Part shown: piece after piece, positions 60,027 to 64,000 of the stretch
Layout of the letters: the number at the start of each line of letters is the position of its first letter
Numbering within the stretch: position 1 is the stretch's first letter
NCBI GenBank assembly: GCA_963847515.1
Contig: CAWKAA010000007.1
Location: 968,952-1,032,951, forward strand
Direction of reading: 5' to 3'
Length of the DNA: 64,000 nucleotides
DNA from: Terriglobia bacterium
GTDB lineage: Bacteria > Acidobacteriota > Terriglobia > Bryobacterales > Bryobacteraceae
Made by a program: the position numbers and the translations under genes
Notes under the pieces: generated by a model
The model's input: the letters and a program-made list of their open reading frames with translations, nothing else
What the model was told of the DNA's origin: nothing
The model's database searches: none

Positions 60027-62510
60027 ATGCGCACGATTCCAGTTCTTTTCGTGGTTGCCGTGGCGATGGCCGGTCAAACGCCGCCAGCCGCCCGAAACGT
60101 CGATTTTCATCGCGACGTAGAACCGCTGTTTCGGGACCACTGCCTGGGGTGCCACGGCCCAGCGATGCAGCAAAGCGGATTTCGGCTGGACGACCGCGCA
60201 GTGTTGCTTAAGGGCGGCAATTCAGGGAAGGCCGCGATTGTTCCGGGCAGCAGCTCAGCCAGTCCTTTGATCCAGCGCGTGACCGGCGCGGCCGGGCTGA
60301 CCGCGATGCCTCCTGTCGGCCCGCGTCTTTCGGCCGAAGAGATCGCTGTGCTACGGGCGTGGATCGACCAAGGTGCAGCATGGAGCGGCGAATCAACACT
60401 TGGTGGTGTCGCGGTTGTTCCCATTCGCTCGCAACACTGGGCATTCCAGCCGATTCGCAGGCCAGCCGTCGCTACCGGCGAGACCAGCCCCATCGACGGA
60501 TTCGTGCATGCGCGCTTGCGCCGCGAGGGGATTGCGCCATCACCTGAAGCACCAAAGAACATTCTGCTGCGGCGCGTCTCTCTCGACCTGACCGGGCTGC
60601 CGCCAACCCCCGAGGAGCTGGCCGAATTCGAGGCTGACACGCGGCCGGACGCCTACGAACGGCAGGTGGACCGGCTGCTAGCGTCTCCGCACTACGGCGA
60701 GAAATGGGCGAGGCACTGGCTGGACCAGGCGCGCTATGCCGATTCCGATGGATACGAGAAGGACTGGTCGCGGCCTTACGCCTGGCGTTATCGCGAATGG
60801 GTAATCGATGCATTGAACCGCGACATGCCCTTCGACCGCTTCACCATCGAGCAAATCGCTGGCGACGAATTGCCGAAAGCCACCGTCGAAGAGAAGGTCG
60901 CTACCGGATTTCAGCGGAACACGCTGACGAATCGCGAGGGCGGAATTGATACCGAGCAGTTCCGCTTTGAAAACCTGGTGGACCGCACCGCGACCGTCGG
61001 AACTGTTTGGCTGGGCCTTACCATCGGCTGCGCCCAATGCCACGATCACAAGTACGATCCGCTCAAGCAGAAAGATTTTTACCGGCTCTCAGCGTTCTTC
61101 GACAATGTCGAGGAAGTAGACATTGACGCGGCCATGCCGGGCGAACTGGGTCCCTGGCTCGCGAAACGTGATGAGTATCGCGCCAAACGCGACCAACTCC
61201 TCAAGGACTATCATATTGCGGAACTGCAAACTGCGTGGGAAAAGGATATGCTGCGCGCCGCGGCTCATCCAGGTGAGCGAACGGACTGGGACCTCGCCTG
61301 GGACTGCCTGCTGAAGCTGACCGAAGGCGGCGATGGCGAAAAAATCATCCGCGAGGATCCACCATCCCGAACGCAACCCGAGCAGGATGTCCTGACCGAC
61401 CATTTCGTCCGCAACTACCACTTCGCGGTCGGCGACAAGAAGTACAAAGAACTGAAACTCGATGAATTGGACAAAAAGCTTCGGGAACTTTACGCCGCGT
61501 ATCCGCAACTGACGCGAGCCATGACCCTGGCCGACAGCACGCACACACATCCAACCAGACTGCGGGTTCGCGGAGACTACAAGAACCCGGGGATTGTCGT
61601 AGAGCCGGGTGTGCCGGAAGTTCTACAGCAGATTGCCGCCCCTCATGCAACACGGCTCGATCTGGCGCGTTGGATCGTCTCGCGCGATAATCCCCTCACC
61701 GCGCGTGTTGCTGTGAATCGCGTTTGGCAGGAATATTTCGGCCAAGGGCTGGTGAAGACTTCGGAAGATTTCGGAACGCAGGGAGACCGGCCGACGCATC
61801 CCGAATTACTGGACTGGCTGGCGTCGGAATTCATCGATAGCGGCTGGAGCCTGAAACACATGCACCGGCTCATCGTAACCTCGGCAACTTACAAGCAATC
61901 GTCGAACGCGCGGTCGGAACTCGAAACTCGGGACCCAGGCAATGCACTGCTCGCCCGCCAGTCCCGCTTGCGCTTGCCGGCAGAGTTGATTCGTGACGAG
62001 GCGCTCTCCACCTCGGGCTTGCTTGATCCTTCCATTGGGGGACCGAGTGTTCGCCCGCCGCAACCAAAAGGAGTATCCGAAATCGGCTACAGCGGCAACC
62101 ATTGGGAGGAGAGCACGGGCAAAGATCGCTACCGCCGCGGTTTGTATATCCATTTTCAGCGCACCACGCCCTATCCCTTGCTGGCTAATTTCGATGCGCC
62201 AAAAAGCACAGCGACGGCCTGCCGCCGGATGCGGACCGATACGCCGCTACAGGCGCTGAATCTGCTGAACGACCCGGTATTCCTCGAAGCGGCGCGGGCC
62301 TTGGCGGAGCAGGTTCAGCAAGACCAGGACTTTTCGCTTTCACTGACCCGCCTTTTCGAGCGCACGCTCGATCGGGAACCGGGTGATGCCGAAGCTCAGC
62401 GCCTTCGAGTCTATTTCAACCAGGAACGTAATCAGTTCGGCGATCGCGCCGCGTGGACCAGTGTCGCCAGCGTGCTGCTGAACCTGGACGAATTTATCGT
62501 AAGGGAGTAG
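60027..62510 (+). CDS. PSD1 family protein: Planctomycete cytochrome c (PSCyt) + DUF1549 + DUF1553
   Basis: CLGCH heme motif, MPP motif, DUF1549/DUF1553 conserved blocks ([18 protein letters not shown]). Confidence 0.85.
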   Translation: MRTIPVLFVVAVAMAGQTPPAARNVDFHRDVEPLFRDHCLGCHGPAMQQSGFRLDDRAVLLKGGNSGKAAIVPGSSSASPLIQRVTGAAGLTAMPPVGPRLSAEEIAVLRAWIDQGAAWSGESTLGGVAVVPIRSQHWAFQPIRRPAVATGETSPIDGFVHARLRREGIAPSPEAPKNILLRRVSLDLTGLPPTPEELAEFEADTRPDAYERQVDRLLASPHYGEKWARHWLDQARYADSDGYEKDWSRPYAWRYREWVIDALNRDMPFDRFTIEQIAGDELPKATVEEKVATGFQRNTLTNREGGIDTEQFRFENLVDRTATVGTVWLGLTIGCAQCHDHKYDPLKQKDFYRLSAFFDNVEEVDIDAAMPGELGPWLAKRDEYRAKRDQLLKDYHIAELQTAWEKDMLRAAAHPGERTDWDLAWDCLLKLTEGGDGEKIIREDPPSRTQPEQDVLTDHFVRNYHFAVGDKKYKELKLDELDKKLRELYAAYPQLTRAMTLADSTHTHPTRLRVRGDYKNPGIVVEPGVPEVLQQIAAPHATRLDLARWIVSRDNPLTARVAVNRVWQEYFGQGLVKTSEDFGTQGDRPTHPELLDWLASEFIDSGWSLKHMHRLIVTSATYKQSSNARSELETRDPGNALLARQSRLRLPAELIRDEALSTSGLLDPSIGGPSVRPPQPKGVSEIGYSGNHWEESTGKDRYRRGLYIHFQRTTPYPLLANFDAPKSTATACRRMRTDTPLQALNLLNDPVFLEAARALAEQVQQDQDFSLSLTRLFERTLDREPGDAEAQRLRVYFNQERNQFGDRAAWTSVASVLLNLDEFIVRE

Positions 62511-62512
62511 TG

Positions 62513-63922
62513 ATGGACGATCGAGGGACTCGCCGCGATTTCTTTCGCCGTGCATCCATTGGCTTGGGCACGGTGGCGCTGGCACAATTGTTGCAGTCCG
62601 ATGGTTACGCTGCCTCCGACCCGCTCGCGCCGCGTGCGCCGCATTTCAAACCACGGGCAAAGAACGTCATCTTCCTGTTCATGGAGGGGGCGCCCAGCCA
62701 GATGGATCTCTTCGATCCCAAGCCGGAGCTACAGAAGTGGAATGGCCATCCGTTGCCTCCGTCAGTCACAAAGGATCTCAAGCTCGCGTTTATCAAGCCG
62801 ACCGCGGCGGTTCTCGGCAGCCCCAGAGTGTTCCGCCCGGCCGGACAGTGCGGCATGCAGCTGTCGGACGTCCTGCCGGGACTCTCCACCTGCGCCGACG
62901 ATATTTGCCTGGTGCGCTCAATGCACACCGAGGCGTTCAATCACCATCCCGGTCAACTGCTGCTGTTTACCGGCCACACGGTGGTGGGGCGACCGGCGAT
63001 GGGCTCATGGGTGGTATACGGTCTGGGCAGCGAATCTCAAGATCTGCCAGGTTTCGTAGTCCTCGCCTCCGGCAACGGAACCAGCGGCGGCACGGATAAT
63101 TTCGCGAGCGGTTTTTTGCCATCGACGTACGCTGGAACGGTGCTGCGCAGCACGGGCGATCCAATCCTGTACCTTTCGAATCCGCCGGATTATTCGCGCG
63201 CTCGGCAGCGGTCACGCCTGGACGCTATCGGCGACCTTAACCGCATGCATTACGCGGGCACGGGTGACACGGAAATTGAGTCGCGCATTCACGCTTATGA
63301 GCTCGCTTTTCGAATGCAGGCTTCAGCGCCCGACCTGCTGGATTTCTCGAAGGAGTCGCCTGCCACAATGGCGGCCTATGGAACCCAGGACGAGACCACC
63401 CGCGCATTCGGAACGAACTGTCTGCTGGCAAGGCGGATGGTGGAACGCGGCGTGCGCTTTGTCATGCTGACTCATGCCAGTTGGGACCACCATAGCGAAA
63501 TCAACAAGAACATCGTCAAGATCTGCAAGGTGACCGACGGTCCCACCGCGGCGTTGCTGCATGATCTGAAAGAGCGGGGACTCTTGGATTCGACCTTGGT
63601 CGTTTGGGGCGGCGAGTTCGGACGCACGCCGATGTCCGAAATTCGTCGCCCGGACGAAGCGGATAACGCCGGCCGCGACCATCATCCCAACGGGTTCAGC
63701 CTGTGGCTGGCCGGTGGCGGCATCAAAGGCGGGCAGGTGATCGGAAAGACCGACGATCTGGGACTCAACATTGTCGAAGATCCCATCCACATTCACGATC
63801 TGCAGGCCACCATCCTGCACTGCCTCGGCCTCGATCACACCAGGCTCACGTACCATTATCTGGGCCGCAATTTCCGGTTGACGGATGTGGCTGGCAACGT
63901 CGTGCCAAAACTCCTGGCGTAG
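62513..63922 (+). CDS. DUF1501 family sulfatase-like protein with Tat signal
   Basis: AGGGAG SD. Twin-arginine RRDFFRRASIGLGTVALA. Canonical partner of DUF1549/DUF1553 genes. Confidence 0.85.
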   Translation: MDDRGTRRDFFRRASIGLGTVALAQLLQSDGYAASDPLAPRAPHFKPRAKNVIFLFMEGAPSQMDLFDPKPELQKWNGHPLPPSVTKDLKLAFIKPTAAVLGSPRVFRPAGQCGMQLSDVLPGLSTCADDICLVRSMHTEAFNHHPGQLLLFTGHTVVGRPAMGSWVVYGLGSESQDLPGFVVLASGNGTSGGTDNFASGFLPSTYAGTVLRSTGDPILYLSNPPDYSRARQRSRLDAIGDLNRMHYAGTGDTEIESRIHAYELAFRMQASAPDLLDFSKESPATMAAYGTQDETTRAFGTNCLLARRMVERGVRFVMLTHASWDHHSEINKNIVKICKVTDGPTAALLHDLKERGLLDSTLVVWGGEFGRTPMSEIRRPDEADNAGRDHHPNGFSLWLAGGGIKGGQVIGKTDDLGLNIVEDPIHIHDLQATILHCLGLDHTRLTYHYLGRNFRLTDVAGNVVPKLLA

Positions 63923-64000
63923 GCTAACCTAAATCCCATGCGGGCTGCCCTGGCGATCGTATTTGCAGTTGGTTGCGGGCGGGGCGCAAATCCGAATCCG

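Overview
High-GC (~62%) chromosomal segment whose gene content points to Acidobacteria (Solibacter/Bryobacter-like): two VWFA-related Acidobacterial-domain proteins, an ADOP-type FtsX permease, ECF sigma/anti-sigma + CarboxypepD_reg TonB-dependent receptor, and a PSD1/DUF1501 pair. The window is mostly housekeeping and accessory metabolism: Moco biosynthesis moeA-moaC-mog, aminotransferase, two amidases, PrmA, DapA-family lyase, tartrate-DH family enzyme, GH27 alpha-galactosidase, SPFH protein, CDF transporter, OmpA/Pal lipoprotein. Notable items: (i) an EPS/glycan-type locus at 1.8-5.0 kb in which a GT4 glycosyltransferase, a methyltransferase and a Wzm-type ABC-2 permease are all broken by many frameshifts; (ii) a frameshifted sensor kinase next to an intact NarL-type regulator; (iii) a conserved PRTase + dienelactone hydrolase pair followed by a cytochrome c-fused PHM/DBH-like copper monooxygenase; (iv) a low-GC three-gene islet (GNAT acetyltransferase, ASCH domain protein, unknown protein with C-terminal 2-TM module) with no recognisable homology for the third gene, the best candidate in the window for an undescribed conflict/regulatory module; (v) an integration scar: truncated ADOP permease | integrase C-terminal fragment | tRNA-Val; (vi) a cytochrome P460-like gene; (vii) an ECF-sigma/anti-sigma/TonB-receptor module followed by a lipoprotein-type, plug-truncated TonB-receptor paralog translationally coupled to a VWFA-like protein. 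No rRNA, CRISPR array or intact transposase was seen. All calls are from reading the six-frame translations and the DNA; no database search was run.
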